In this document: piece by piece, positions 35,401 to 48,743 of the stretch
Layout of the letters: each line of letters opens with the position of its first letter
Position numbering within the stretch: the first letter of the stretch is position 1
Assembly (NCBI GenBank): GCA_026023565.1
Contig: JAPETS010000032.1
Location: forward strand, 62,001-126,000
DNA: 64,000 bases
Origin: Cirrosporium novae-zelandiae
Taxonomy: Eukaryota
Direction: 5' to 3'
The notes under the pieces: generated by a model
The model's database searches: none
What the model saw: the letters and a program-made list of their open reading frames with translations, nothing else
Told to the model about the DNA's origin: nothing
Made by a program: the position numbers and the translations under genes

Positions 35401-38400
35401 TTGCCCTTTATTCTTTGCCATTCATGGATTCCACTCACAGACGGTTTTGTTAACTCAATGGGAATGTTTTCCACGTCTAGAATTCACCATGATTGAAATC
35501 TACCCCTTCAAATGTCAATCAATAACTTGTCAAGACTCGAGACCCAAGCCTAGTCTGCTTTGAGGCCACAGACATAGGAATTAGTACTAAATACCTCAGA
35601 TACATAACTGCCAATCTGCGGTTGACTCACCGCTGCCCTGCATTTCAGGAGGCAACCAATGCTAGAGAAAACAACGTGGGAGATGGGTACACAGCAGAAA
35701 GGAATCCAAACTCAATTAGAACAAAACAATCAAAAATTATTTGTCAAATATCGCCGCCAAAAGACCACAGACCCGTAGTTGATCTGCGTCCTCCATTCCC
35801 AGAAGCATTTACCCCAGATGCCAAGACCCTGGCCGGCAACCTGCCTGTTTCAGTCTTTGATGCGTTGTCCAAATCATCCGGGTCTTTCTGTCAAGTCTGT
35901 CAAGTACTCACGGTCCGTGACTCGAGTCATGATACTCAATAAGACAACAATAGCTTGCCATAATAATATATCTACTCAATCATTATAACATTCTTGGTCA
36001 GAAACCTCTGTTGATTGGTTTCCGTCTTATTAACCTTGAATTGAGACTTTGTGAACCCACAACCACCTAGAGTCTGGCCAATCATCCTGGATAGAAACCT
36101 ACATCTGCTTGAATATCTTTGGTTAACGCAGGCGACGGAAGCTTTGACATCTCCCTATCAGATTGGCCCCAAGATGATACACAGCAAAAGTAAAGCACGT
36201 TTAGTTGCCAAGTCTACAGTACCATGCACAGGCTGTGGAACAATGGTGCAAGTATCGTATCAGGCATGCCTTTTGTTGAGACTGTACAACCTCAAAAATA
36301 AAACACATTCTTCGAGAGAGTAGTATAACGGCCAGTTTTGGTTGAATTACCTATTGTTGAGAATTAATAATAACTCCATGATAAGTGGTAAGCCGGCTAG
36401 GGTATTTGATTAATGTCGGTGACAATGAGCTTTGAGAAGAACAATGCAGCCATGAAAATGCCAAATAAACCAAGGAAGCCGGTCGAGAAAGGGAACAATT
36501 ATTGATGAGCAGCGGAACACCTTGGTGGGTACTATAAATTATCGTCCCATGAGCCCCTGCGTTATGCTGTTGATCGAATTATGTTTCTCTTCCAGGAGGT
36601 TGTACTTGTGTATGGAACAGAGACCTGGCATCCATGGAGAGAAAGGTGAAAGGAAGTGAAAAAAGGACATTCGGTACCTGATACATGACAATCAGGTCTT
36701 CAAAGTAAATTAATGGCTTCTGGATGGGCCTCAAGGGATTAAACATCTGGGGCCTTAAACTAGACATCTTAGGTAGGCCGGCTGAGTGTTGGACCTTTTC
36801 GAATTTGGCTTGATGGTGGCCCGTGGGAACTTTTTTCGACTTTTTGTGGGGGAGCCGACGTACCGGTCAAGGCATCATGAAGAGCCGATGATAAACGATG
36901 ATTTAAAGCAGCGAGAGGTTTCTTATTATTTAAGATTGATGACGACGGATCCCATGCGCTTATGCGAACGCCTGGCCGCATGGTTGCGAGGGAATTGCAG
37001 GGTAAAAAGAAGGGCATGGGGTCATGACGGGACCATACCTAGGCGCAGATAATTAGTACTGAGTACCTACCTAGGTAGTTAACAAGACCTGTCAGGCTCA
37101 AGGGTAGGGTTCGAGAAGAAGAGGAATCCAGTCCACTATTTATTTATTGTAGAACAAGCGATTAACTTACTCGGTATTGAATATCCTAGAAATCAATAAA
37201 TAAAGAGGATAGATTCTTATTTTCTAACCTCGTATTGAGATTTTTTTATCGGTGGCGCTGACTTGGGAGGAGCTTGGGGAATGTGGGCTGTACTATAAGT
37301 GTATACTCGAGTTAGTAATGGGGTTTAGCAGTCAGTAACAGTAGTAGTAGTAGTAGCGTAGTAGCGATAATTCAACAAAGTTCAGGAGATTTGCCCCGAG
37401 GTAAATCAAAGTTGAAGGAGAGACTCGAACTACTTTACTTAGGTTGAGGTCTAGTCTAGTGGATCAAATGGATTTAAAAAAGGAGTTTTCGCTATCGATA
37501 TATGCCCCAGATTTCTGGGGACGCCCACACCCCTCCCACCCCTCTAACCTCTAAACCCCCAGGCCAAACAACCAAACGACCAAACGACCAAACGAGGCCA
37601 AACAAGACCAAACAAGAACAACGCTAAGGAATACACAGTATTGAGTATTGTCATCCGTAAACCATTTCAAGTTAACTGACCAACACTAACAACCTAACCA
37701 AATAACCCAACCGGAGCACTGTTCTTAGGGGCCCCCCCCCCCCAGCGGAAATCCAGTCATATTCTAAAAGCACAGCCAAACTTTGTCTGAGCGTCGTCAA
37801 ACTGCATGCAAATGACCAGGGCATGGCACTGGGGAACCACTAAACCTATTCCCGTTCTTGACTTTACACTCTTTCCTTTCCTTCTCCCTTCTGTGTCGCT
37901 GGGACTTGCGGTTTTGCGACTTGGAAAGGTCATAACGTCAATTAAACCCATCGAGCTCTCCAACTACCCTAAATCTGGTCGGTCTCTTCCTTCCAGCTTG
38001 CTCCATCTATTTCCTTTATTTTTCCCAGAATATATTATTCTTCCATAAACCCCATCTTAGATATCAATCATCTCAATTTTATTTATTAGTTTTATGAAAT
38101 GGACTAAGTGAATCAGAAAGCAGACAAGAATTAACCCTTGTACGGCCCACGGTCCGCGAGTCTATAATCGACTGCGAGCCCGCCTCGTACCTTCACCCGC
38201 TGGAGTCTGCACCTTGATTCTATTCAAAAACACCTCCCATTACAAAACCAAAATTTAACGGTCGAATGTGCCTATTGCAGATCTAGTTCTTTAAAATATT
38301 TCTTCTCGCTTGTTTTAATTACCGTGTTAGGCAGCAGAGACGCAGCTGCAATATTACATGCCAATCTTGTCTTTGTTCACCGAAGGCAGACAGACTGGCG

Positions 38401-39017
38401 AGAGCCCACAAAGACATCAAAGCCATTCACCTCTCTAGCGGAACCAGATTTCCATTCCATTGGGATACGGAACTACTCGCCATTCTTACATTGATCCCAT
38501 AACTGTGTAACTGTGATTTGGTAAGAAAAGGCTGGAAGACTACTGCCATTCTCCGCCAGGTTTCATGTTGACATCCTGCAGCTTCCCGCCTCAGCCCCGG
38601 CCGGACCACATCGAACAACAGCCCATCGACGCATGCCGGAGATTCCAGCGACCGTTTGAAGATATATCGGGCATTAGAATACATATTCACAAAAGGGAAA
38701 CAAGACTAAAAAATTACCGGGCGTCTGAAGCAATTATTTGTTCGTTTAATCTGGCAATCATCTACTCCATTTGTAACCCATCTAGAGAGAGCTGGAACAC
38801 TCGTCAGAAAAGCTCATGTGCTATTAAGTAACACAGGCGGACACCGACAAGGCATTTCTTTGGTTCTGGTATCTCTTAGAACTGAAGGCGCATCAACTAT
38901 CGGAATCAAGCAGCAGCAATTCCAATTAAGATTTGTCCCAAACCATCGGGATCCTTTTGAGGCCTTTCGAACTCGGACCTTATATCCCACCTTGGCGAGC
39001 AAGCTGGCGACATAGCA

Positions 39018-42000
39018 ATGACACCGAACGTCGAGGTTAAAGATACTGTCATGGACAGTTGTGCTGTGGAAAGCCCGTCCGCGGATGAGTCCTCAAGGGT
39101 ACCTGGAGGTGAATAAGCTTTCGTTGTTGAACTGATCATATCTCATGTTATTATGTCTAATGTTTCCACCTAGAACCAGAACAGGCTCGTGAAGCAGCGA
39201 AACCTCTAAATAATGGCACCACTAAGCCCACCCATCCACCACCCAAGACAGACAAGCCCCGCCCTCATGTTTGCATAACCTGTTTAAGGTCGTTCGCTCG
39301 ACTAGAACATCTAAAGCGTCACGAGCGATCTCATACAAAGGAGAAACCTTTTGAATGTGAACATTGCACACGACGGTTTGCCAGGCGAGACCTTCTTCTC
39401 CGTCATCAGCAAAAGTTGCATGTTAATGCAACCCCGCCCTCTCGACCTAGAAATGGAAGGCGAGAAAGTGCTGCCGGGGTTACTAACGGAAGAGTAAGAA
39501 AGAATTCGATGGCTTCAACCCCCGGTCCAGTGACATCGAGCATGAGACCACGAGCAAATACAATCAATGTGGATCCTGCAACGCTCGGTCTGGTTGCTGC
39601 TGCGAATGAAAACGTCAATCGAACACAGCACCTAAACATGTCTCATGGATATCGTCCAGGGTTTTCTGGTTTCAATTATCATGATATACCGGTCACAAAT
39701 GGGGAGCATAATTTAGGGCACAGCCTGCCAAAACTAGAAACTCACGGCCTAAATATTGATATGAGTGGTGGCCTTCGTACAGCTCCTCCGACATATGACA
39801 GCGACTTTGATGCTGCATTACTCTATTATAACCATGAAAATACAATCAACCCCGCTCAGCTTCATTTCAATGACTCGCCTCATTCAATGTCCGTGGATTC
39901 TCCTATGCCCCCGTACAATATATTCGGCGGAATGACTACAGCCATGCTGGAGGATGATACGCCATATGATTGGATCAACAGTAAATTCGAATGGCCAAGT
40001 GGAATTGATAATCAAATACCCTTTGGCCAGAATAATGAGCAAGTCTTTGATAGCTCGTCACCCTCTGGCATGGACACGACTAGCCCGGGTGGGATGAGTG
40101 ATGGCATGCTGGATGGCTCGAATGGTCTTCCCGCAACTTCATCGATGTGGATACCTGCTGTCTCAACCGCTCAGACGCCAAGTCCATTCTCAATAGATGT
40201 TTCGGGATTGACCCATTGCACTCCGCCTCCTGGGACGATCTCTCCTAAATCACTACAGGCCACCAACGGATACCCAGATACATACCACTCGCCCCCGCCA
40301 ATGTCTCTCATGACTCCCGCTAATGTACCGTCCACCATGTCCCAGCAATTCTCATGGCCTAATGTCATCAATCCAGATTCTCCCAGTACTGCCACCTCGG
40401 CCTCATTCAGTGGGAGTAGCCATCGACACAGTTCCGTCACATCAGTCTCAGCTGATTCGATTACAGATGCAACCCGACAAGCACTTCTTCAAACCCTGTC
40501 AAAGCCTAGTTCCTTCCAACACACAATGAGAAAGTATTCTCAGCCAGCCATCAGCTCTCCGCTATCAGACTCATTTGCTGGAAGACCAAGAAGCGCCAGT
40601 GGAATCATCATGTCTTTGCCCAGTACATTTGATTTGCAACGATACGTTTCAGCTTATATACAATACTTCCATCCCCATATGCCTTTCCTCCATATTCCAA
40701 CCTTGTCCTTTGACTCCCCGGCCTATACAAGCGACCTACGTGCTTTGAACGGACACCCATCATTCTCTTCCAGTGGGCTCGTTGGTGGGGGTGGGTGTCT
40801 GATTTTATCTATGGCAGCAATTGGTGCTTTGTATGAATTTGATCAACCCGCTTCAAGCCAACTATTTGAAGCTGCCAAAAGAATGCTTCAACTATATTTG
40901 GAGGAGCGTCGCAAAGTTGACATGGTCAATGCTACCAGTGGTGGAACAGTCAAAACTGATAATTCGCCACTCCAGAACACGCCATTATGGCTTGTGCAGG
41001 CGATGCTATTGAATGTCATCTATGGGCATAATTGCGGTGATAAGACGACGTCCGAGATCGCTACTAGCCACTGTGCTGCTCTAGTTAGCCTTGCTAGGGC
41101 GGCAGAATTGCCCCGTGTTATACCACCTGAAGAATTGCCACCGATGTCTCACCCGAATCATCGATTTGGGTCTATCTCTGGCTTAGATTCAGCTATGGGG
41201 GGAATTAATATGAATTCTGATGCATGGAATTGTTGTGGGCAGCAACCAATTTCGGATGACCAGCGAGAATGGTATACCTGGAAAACACAGGAAGAGAGAA
41301 AACGCACCTTATACGCCGTTTTTATACTTTCAAGCCTGCTGGTATCGGCATATAATCTGCCACCTGCGCTCACTAATTCCGAGATACTTCTACAGCTACC
41401 CTGCGACGAAGAATTGTGGGCTGCAGAGAATGCTCAGGAATGGAGGGAAAAGGGAGGGGCGGAGCTGACCAACGATAGCTCGGTTAGTTTTGCTAGTGCG
41501 CTTGGTTATCTTATTACTGCAAGTAGTAGACTGCAGCAACATTCTGTGACCCGGCCGTCTGATTCTCAACCCTTTGGCTCTTGCCTGAGATCCGAGAATA
41601 TACCTGATAGTGAGCTGAAACCTTCGACATATGGTTGTCTGGTCCTCATCAATGCCCTCAATAATTATATCTGGGAGACTCGCCAGCGTTTCATGGGAAG
41701 CCAATGGACAGCTCAGGAGATGGATTCGTTGCGTGCCCATTTTGAACCGGCATTGAAAGCCTGGCAGGCAGCCTGGGCAAGTAATCCCCAGCATCACTGC
41801 AGCCGGCCGAATCCCTTTGGAATGGGACCGTTGTCCGCTGACTGCATCCCCCTGCTGGACCTTGCATATATACGATTGTACGTCAACCTTGGGCGCTCAA
41901 AGGAGGCATTTTGGAGACGGGACTTTGACGGGATGGCTAAGGAATTGGCAAGAGGTGCCGAGGTGGCCTCACGCATTGATCAGTCCCCCCAAACCAGCGG

Positions 42001-42746
42001 CTCTCCTGATTCTTTGAGTTCTCCTGGTAACAAGAATTCTTCGCCCCGAGGAGGCACAAGTCCTGCGGCCGGTGAGATGCTAAGAACGCCAACTCAAGAG
42101 CAGCAAAACCCTACCATTATTTCAAATCAAGCTTCACAACCTTGCCAAAAACGGGAACGCCATCTACGAAGAGCAGCTCTTTATGCCATTGACTCGCTAT
42201 CAATGTCCGATAAATTTGGCATCACCTTTGCCGAATTCACGTCTCGTGAACTCCCAATTCAATCAGCTATGTGTGCATTTGACTGCGCTCAAGTATTGGC
42301 AGAATGGGTAACTACCGTTCAAGAAAGAGTAGGCCGTCACTGTGGCATACTGGGGAAAGATGATATCGACTACAGCGCAGTACCAAGTTGCATGTTTCTA
42401 GACGAGTCAGATGTTCAACTGCTAGAGAAAATCCAGGAATACCTGGCAAGTGCGGATACGAAGATGACATATGAAAGTATAAGACTGGGCACGGGTGCTG
42501 CACTTCTCGCAATGCATAGTGTTCCGAGTGCATATGCGGAAGGATTTGGGAGTAAAATTTTGAAGGTGACAGCGCATATGCTTGAGAAAGCTGCTGTCTG
42601 GCCAGGTATAAATCATTCACTAGCAACTTCCAAAGACGGTTCACTAATGGATAATAGTTACGAAACTTATGGCACACTCCCTTGAAGTGCAAGCAACTCA
42701 TGTGAAGGAAAGAGCGGAAAAGTCGGTTTTGCTGGAATACCAGTAG
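39018..42746 (+). CDS. amdX: C2H2 zinc-finger transcription factor with fungal TF domain, AmdX/Adr1 type
   Basis: Two fingers, DKPRPHVCITCLRSFARLEHLKRHERSHTKEKPFECEHCTRRFARRDLLLRHQQKLH, lie upstream of the ORF-track start. Later motifs are YFHPHMPFLHIPT, EERKRTLYAVFILS and LPCDEELW.A. Introns at 39109-39173 and 42606-42657. Confidence 0.88.
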
Positions 42747-44229
42747 CTAACGCAATTTATGAACGCCATAACGATGAGATTATTCTTAACAAAACCCTGT
42801 ACAGATTAGGACGCGACTGTGCCATCCGTCCCTTTTGCTCTCGCGAGTCGAGGGTGACCACTCATTCAAGACATTGTATTCATGAAAATGGTTATGGATC
42901 AAATAATATACTTTTGTGCTGTTGGATATGCGAATTGGGATGGGGAGGGGTTAGCGATTTGATGTACCAAAAAGAATTGTGTTCCATGTTATTATCAGCC
43001 TGTTACCATCAGACATTGGCAGAAACTGGGAGGTATTTGTTTTATGGGTTTCGGCTCTTGGGCCAAGAAAAGGAAGATTCCAGGGATTGTATGGATTTTG
43101 AGGAGGACTTGCAATGACGGGAGGAAAAAAGAGGCGTTTTGGATTGAAGGAAACCCAAAGCAGTGGGTTTTGATATCAACCAGGCGCATCGAGAACCATG
43201 TTGTGGATGAAATGATATGATATGATTGACTAGGATAAGAATCAATTATCTCTGTGTCTGTTCTCATGGAAAGGTGTACAGTCCAGTAGACCAGATAGAG
43301 TAGTACTAAGCACATGGGTTGGTCATTGATTGGCGTGATTGGCTTATGCATTTGGTGCACTTTGGGCACCTTGGGGCTTCGGTTAAAGAACCGAAGACCA
43401 AGAACGGACTAGCAGGGGGAAGCTGACGGATGAGGCTAAAGGCTGAGTCGGTTTTCGCGTAATTTAGTAAGTTTTAGGGTGTTATTTGCTAAATTTGTCT
43501 TGGCCGTCAAGGTTCACCTCCATTTCAACACCATCCGTCATCCTTGGGAGACATTGGAAGACATTGGTTGACCTTGGAAATTCCTTGGCCAGTTGCTTCG
43601 TACGGGCATTGCCTCCGACATTTTCCCTTCTACCACTCTCCACTTCTTTAGCACTTTATTTTTTTTTCTCTCTTTTTTTTACTTCTCCCTTTTCTTTCAT
43701 AATCCGAGCATATTCACTATCCTGAATTTCTTGTGGAATCTCCCTCGTTTCTGTTCAGAATTGAAAAATCGGGGTGGCCAAATGTCGAGTTCGAGTTAGT
43801 CGGTCATAGGGTTTGGATATTTAAATGGTTCGTAATTCGAAACCCCACCTCTCAAAATATCCCTTGGCGTCGCAAGCAAGACTGACTTCGAACAGGAAAT
43901 AATTAGACCTTCGATTGTTTCCCTGTAAAAAGTATACAACTCGAAACCTCTAACCATCTCCAAATCACTCCTTCGATCTACAAAACAACTGTGCCATAAT
44001 ATCCTTCGCGTCGAGTTCACATTGACCCGAACACGGTTCTGGCCTCTCAGTTCCAAAGCTGGCGGGCTAACGCATATAATCTGTATGCTTCAAAAACAGA
44101 CCTTTCAAATTCGGGTGCGGGAAATAACAGACTGGGGAATCGGGACGTGAAGGACCGCTCCAGCGTGGGAATAATATATACATACAACTACTGTCGGAAC
44201 AAAGACATTGAAAGATCCAATCAGACATC

Positions 44230-47200
44230 ATGGCTTGGAGTCACCTTGAAATCAACAAGCCACATTTGGCCTACATCATTCTAGGCGGCTTCACCAGCCT
44301 GTTTATGCTATGTTCTCTTTTCGTCAAAGAGAAGATGTACATAGGTGAAGCCACAGTAGCAAGCATTTGTGGAATTATTTTTGGTCCCCATGCCGCCAAC
44401 CTCTTCAACCCAGAATCCTGGGGAAATGTGGATGAAATTACTCTCGAATGCTCTCGAATTGTCCTGGTGGTACAATGTTTTGCCGTTGGTGTGGAATTGC
44501 CCAAATCCTATATGGAGAGGCATTGGAAATCAGTGACGTTTTTATTGGTACCTGTCATGACCTACGGCTGGTTATCTACAAGCCTCTTCATTTGGTGGAT
44601 GATTAGGCCTCTAACTTGGCTTGAAAGCCTAGCCTGCGCTGCCTGCGTAACTGCAACAGATCCTGTCCTGGCCTCCTCTGTGGTTGGTAAAGGAAAATTT
44701 GCAAAACGTGTACCCAAACATCTCCGAGATTTATTGTCAGCCGAATCCGGATGTAACGATGGCATGGCATTTCCCTTCATCTATCTATCGGTTTACCTTA
44801 TCGACTATAATTTAAATGCCAAACAAGTCACCTTTCACTGGATTCTCTATACCATCTTGTACGAATGTATATTTGGTGCTATTTATGGGTTTGTCGTTGG
44901 GTATGTAGGAAGACACGCAATCAAGTATGCTGAAGAAAAAGGGCTTATTGACCGGGAAAGCTTCCTCGTGTTCTATTTTGTCCTAGCCCTATTTTGTGCA
45001 GGTTCTGGAAGTATCCTTGGGGTCGATGACCTCCTCGTCGGATTCTCTGCCGGTGTCGGGTTCAGTAATGACGGGTGGTTCACCAAGAAGACCGAAGAAT
45101 CCCATGTCTCCAACGTTATTGATCTTCTACTGAACTTGGCTTATTTTGTTTACCTGGGCTCCATCATTCCCTGGAACGAGTACAACATGCCTGAGTGGGG
45201 AATCACACCATGGAGATTGGTTATTATCGCTATTTTCGTTATCCTATTTCGGCGAATACCAATCATGCTAGCCCTGAAGCCAATCATCCCAGATGTAAAG
45301 AACTGGAGAGAGGCTTTGTTTGCTGGACATTTTGGGCCTATTGGCGTGGGGGCAATTTTTGCTGCCATTCTTACTAGGGCAGAACTCGAAGGCAACGGCG
45401 CGGAACCGACGGATGGGCTCCCTGGAAAAAGTAATGAGGAATGGCTTCTTATCAGGGTGCTCTGGCCTATCACCACCTTTTTGGTCATTTCTTCCATTAT
45501 TGTTCATGGATCATCCATTGCCGTCTTCACCCTCGGGAAACGTATCAACACCCTGGCATTCACCTTGTCGTATACTCGGGGGCCTGAAGAGGGCCAATCT
45601 TGGATGGATCGATTACCACGGTTTGATACTAAATCAAGAACGCTATCTCTTCGTAAATCACAGGACTTGTCGATTGATTTTTCCGACGAGAAATTACCCC
45701 AATTCCCTGCTGAAGTCTTGCCAAGGAATTTCTTAAGAAGACAAAGGGAGGAAGATTATTCAACCCCCAACAGTCGAGCATCTAGTCAGAGGCCAATATC
45801 TCGAAAAAAGAAGAGATGGGATGAAGGACGAGGGCCAGGAGGGCCAATTAGTAAATCTGCTATTACCCCTCAGAGGATACAATCACCAACGGAAGACCAA
45901 TCTCTTCCGGAGCTTTCCGAAAAGACCACGGAGAGTCCAGATGATAGAGAAGAACCTCCTGATGGGGTCCAAATGCGTGCAGAGGCGGAAGAGCATGAAA
46001 AAGAAGATCAAAGAAGATCAAAACAGGTACATGAACCTGCAATTGAAGCTTATCAAGAAGGTAAGCACCTGATTATTGAAGACGAGGAAGGAAACGTTCT
46101 AGGTCAGGAAGATGTGAGAGGTGAAGGTGAGCTTGATAAACGTAGGCGTGTCGAACAGGAAGCAGAGGCTCTTGAAAAAGAGGATAGTGGAGAACATGCG
46201 AAAGGCCTGTTCCATCCTCACGAAAAGACTGAAGGAGATGAAATCGAAAAGGCTGTAGGAGATGCTCTGCGTCATCCCAATCATCCATATCGAAACTTGC
46301 GACAAAAACTTGGAGAATGGCATTTCGGCGGTAGACCCAGAGAGGAGAACGGAACACCAGCCGTGCAGAAACCCCCAGAGCAGAAGCGTGGCCCCGCTTA
46401 TGCTTACCAGTATGGGGATACCATTATCGTCGAGGACGAAGATGGCGAAGTCATTAAGAAATATAACATGCCTCGTGGAGAGAGGGGAACGTCTGGCGGA
46501 GCCGAACTCGAACCAGCTGAAAACAAGGGTAGCGGCCCCGCCAAACCACATGGCTTCCAGCGCCTAGGAACCTTTATCGGTCTCGGACCCAGAGACGAAA
46601 GTTATGATGCTGAAGTCGCTGGGCCAAGCAGACCGGCACGCAGAGGCCGGAAACTAGAGTCCGATGACGAAGACGACGACCCTAGGCTCCGTTTTGTGGA
46701 TGCCGGTGGACGAAGAATGAGCAAAGCAGAATTCATCCGTCAAATCCAAGCCATGGACCCGAAAGCTCGTGCCGAGTTCGCAAGTAAAAGCAACATCCCC
46801 GAAGCCATCAAACACGAAGCCCGTGAAGCCGCTCGCAAAGCTTCCCCCAACGAAGTAGCGAAAGGAAAAGGTGAGCGTAGCGACTCCTCCGACACCCTTC
46901 AGGAAAGCCGCGGCCGACCAAGGGAGGAACGTCGTCCACCGTCACCCGGATCAGGGGCAGCACGGGATGAAAACGACACCGCCGCTCCCGAAGATGGTTC
47001 AGACCTCCCATCCAGATATAGCATGAGTGAGTCCCTCGCGCGCTTCGACCCAGGCCACGAAACAGCAGCCCAACGGCGCCGTCGACAAGCCTCTGAACAC
47101 CGCCGGAACACATCCTCCCCAGTCAACCGCATCGCCTCACCCTCATCGGCCGACACTACCGATGATAGCATCACTCGTAGCGGTGGAAAACTAGTCTCCC

Positions 47201-47463
47201 TCACTAAAGTAGAGAGTCACATGGCCGAGGCAGGCGAAACAGAACCAGAGCGCAGACGACGGCTTGCTGCGCTGGGAAAGAGTGCTGAGGATAGCGATAG
47301 CGATGATGATGGTGGAGAGAGGAAGCCTCCAGAAGTTGGCAGGAGGAGGCCTGTGGAAGAGCCTAGCGGCAGCGGTGGCGTCGCTGGGACAGCTAGTCGA
47401 GTCACACAACGTGTGAGGGGGATTAGGTTTGCGCCTGAGGTGGAGAGGAGGTCGAGGAGGTAG
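44230..47463 (+). CDS. NHA1: Plasma-membrane Na+(K+)/H+ antiporter, CPA1 family
   Basis: Single 1077-aa ORF with MAWSHL...LFMLCSLFVKE, CVTATDPVLASSVVGKGKFA, LSAESGCNDG, GVDDLL, GHFGPIGVGA and IIVHGSS, then a long hydrophilic tail. Confidence 0.95.
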   Translation: MAWSHLEINKPHLAYIILGGFTSLFMLCSLFVKEKMYIGEATVASICGIIFGPHAANLFNPESWGNVDEITLECSRIVLVVQCFAVGVELPKSYMERHWKSVTFLLVPVMTYGWLSTSLFIWWMIRPLTWLESLACAACVTATDPVLASSVVGKGKFAKRVPKHLRDLLSAESGCNDGMAFPFIYLSVYLIDYNLNAKQVTFHWILYTILYECIFGAIYGFVVGYVGRHAIKYAEEKGLIDRESFLVFYFVLALFCAGSGSILGVDDLLVGFSAGVGFSNDGWFTKKTEESHVSNVIDLLLNLAYFVYLGSIIPWNEYNMPEWGITPWRLVIIAIFVILFRRIPIMLALKPIIPDVKNWREALFAGHFGPIGVGAIFAAILTRAELEGNGAEPTDGLPGKSNEEWLLIRVLWPITTFLVISSIIVHGSSIAVFTLGKRINTLAFTLSYTRGPEEGQSWMDRLPRFDTKSRTLSLRKSQDLSIDFSDEKLPQFPAEVLPRNFLRRQREEDYSTPNSRASSQRPISRKKKRWDEGRGPGGPISKSAITPQRIQSPTEDQSLPELSEKTTESPDDREEPPDGVQMRAEAEEHEKEDQRRSKQVHEPAIEAYQEGKHLIIEDEEGNVLGQEDVRGEGELDKRRRVEQEAEALEKEDSGEHAKGLFHPHEKTEGDEIEKAVGDALRHPNHPYRNLRQKLGEWHFGGRPREENGTPAVQKPPEQKRGPAYAYQYGDTIIVEDEDGEVIKKYNMPRGERGTSGGAELEPAENKGSGPAKPHGFQRLGTFIGLGPRDESYDAEVAGPSRPARRGRKLESDDEDDDPRLRFVDAGGRRMSKAEFIRQIQAMDPKARAEFASKSNIPEAIKHEAREAARKASPNEVAKGKGERSDSSDTLQESRGRPREERRPPSPGSGAARDENDTAAPEDGSDLPSRYSMSESLARFDPGHETAAQRRRRQASEHRRNTSSPVNRIASPSSADTTDDSITRSGGKLVSLTKVESHMAEAGETEPERRRRLAALGKSAEDSDSDDDGGERKPPEVGRRRPVEEPSGSGGVAGTASRVTQRVRGIRFAPEVERRSRR

Positions 47464-48743
47464 GCAAATATAGCTTTGATTTGAAGGTGGGTTTTTTCCT
47501 GGTTTCTATTCAAGGGAATCTATATATTTCTTCGGGAAAGGATAGGGAAGGGCATATGTAGTTGTTGCTGCTGTTATGGTTGTTATTTGTTGAAGTATGC
47601 TGCGAAGTCTTGTCGTTGTCATCGTCGTTTTTGAAGATACCATACATACGCTATTATCTATTGTTTTTTTTTTCCTTTTTCTTTTATGGCATAGATAGAT
47701 CGATTGGTGCATAGGGTTCAGGTTTTGGTTTTGCAAAAAGAGATATTAAACCCTTTTTTTTTTCCTTCTCTTATTCCTTTTTTTTTTAAACTTTACGTTA
47801 CCTTTGTTTTTTTAACCCCCTCTTTTTTTGTTTTTTGGTTATCATTCATAGATGCATGGATGTATGTATGTTATGCACGGTTATATATGTAATGTGTTGC
47901 GCATGTATGTGTATTATGACCCGCATAAAAAAAATGAAAGGGAAGGAGGGGGGCGGGGATGGAACGGCTATTTTTATTTAATGAGAATATGTGTATGTGT
48001 GTATGTGTGTGAGAGAGAGGGGGGGGAGAAAGGGAGAAGGGGGTTATAGGTTTTAGATAGATAGAATATCCGATAATTAATTCAATTGAGAATTGAGAAT
48101 TGAGAATGGCTAAAAAAAACTTATGGGTTGAATTATCTATGTGCTTGAGGATTAAGGATTGAATTGGTTTTGAATTAGATGGTAATAATAGATATTATCT
48201 TCCTTACTCGTAGTGAGTGGATAAGATAGATTGTGAAGATGGATAGATATAGATATAGATATAGATATAGATGAATAATCTAATAAAAATATATTTCTAT
48301 ATCGAGTAATGCTATTATAACCAACTAACCAATTAAACAAAACCCATTGTCGTTTTCATTGTCATAGTTCCATTCTATTTTCTATTTTCGTTCCCATTTG
48401 ACATATATACATGAACATACATACATACATAGACACAGACACAGACATAAACATGAAAATCTTTTTTCTTGTTGTTTGTATTTGTTGTTTGTGGCCGTTG
48501 GTCTTGATCTTATCCAGTAACATAACATAACATAATAAAATGGGTGGATGGATTGGATAGATAGGGTATCCCCTTTTCCACCTTTCTCTGTCTGTTGATT
48601 TCCACTTTATACATTTCCTTTCCCTTTCCCCTTTCCTCGTGCTTTTTTCTTTCTTCTTCTCTTGCTGGACGTAGACTTTCGCTATTTTTACCCCCCTAGT
48701 CCTCCCCCCCTGTCCGCGCTCACCTACTCGCTCATTCACTCGT

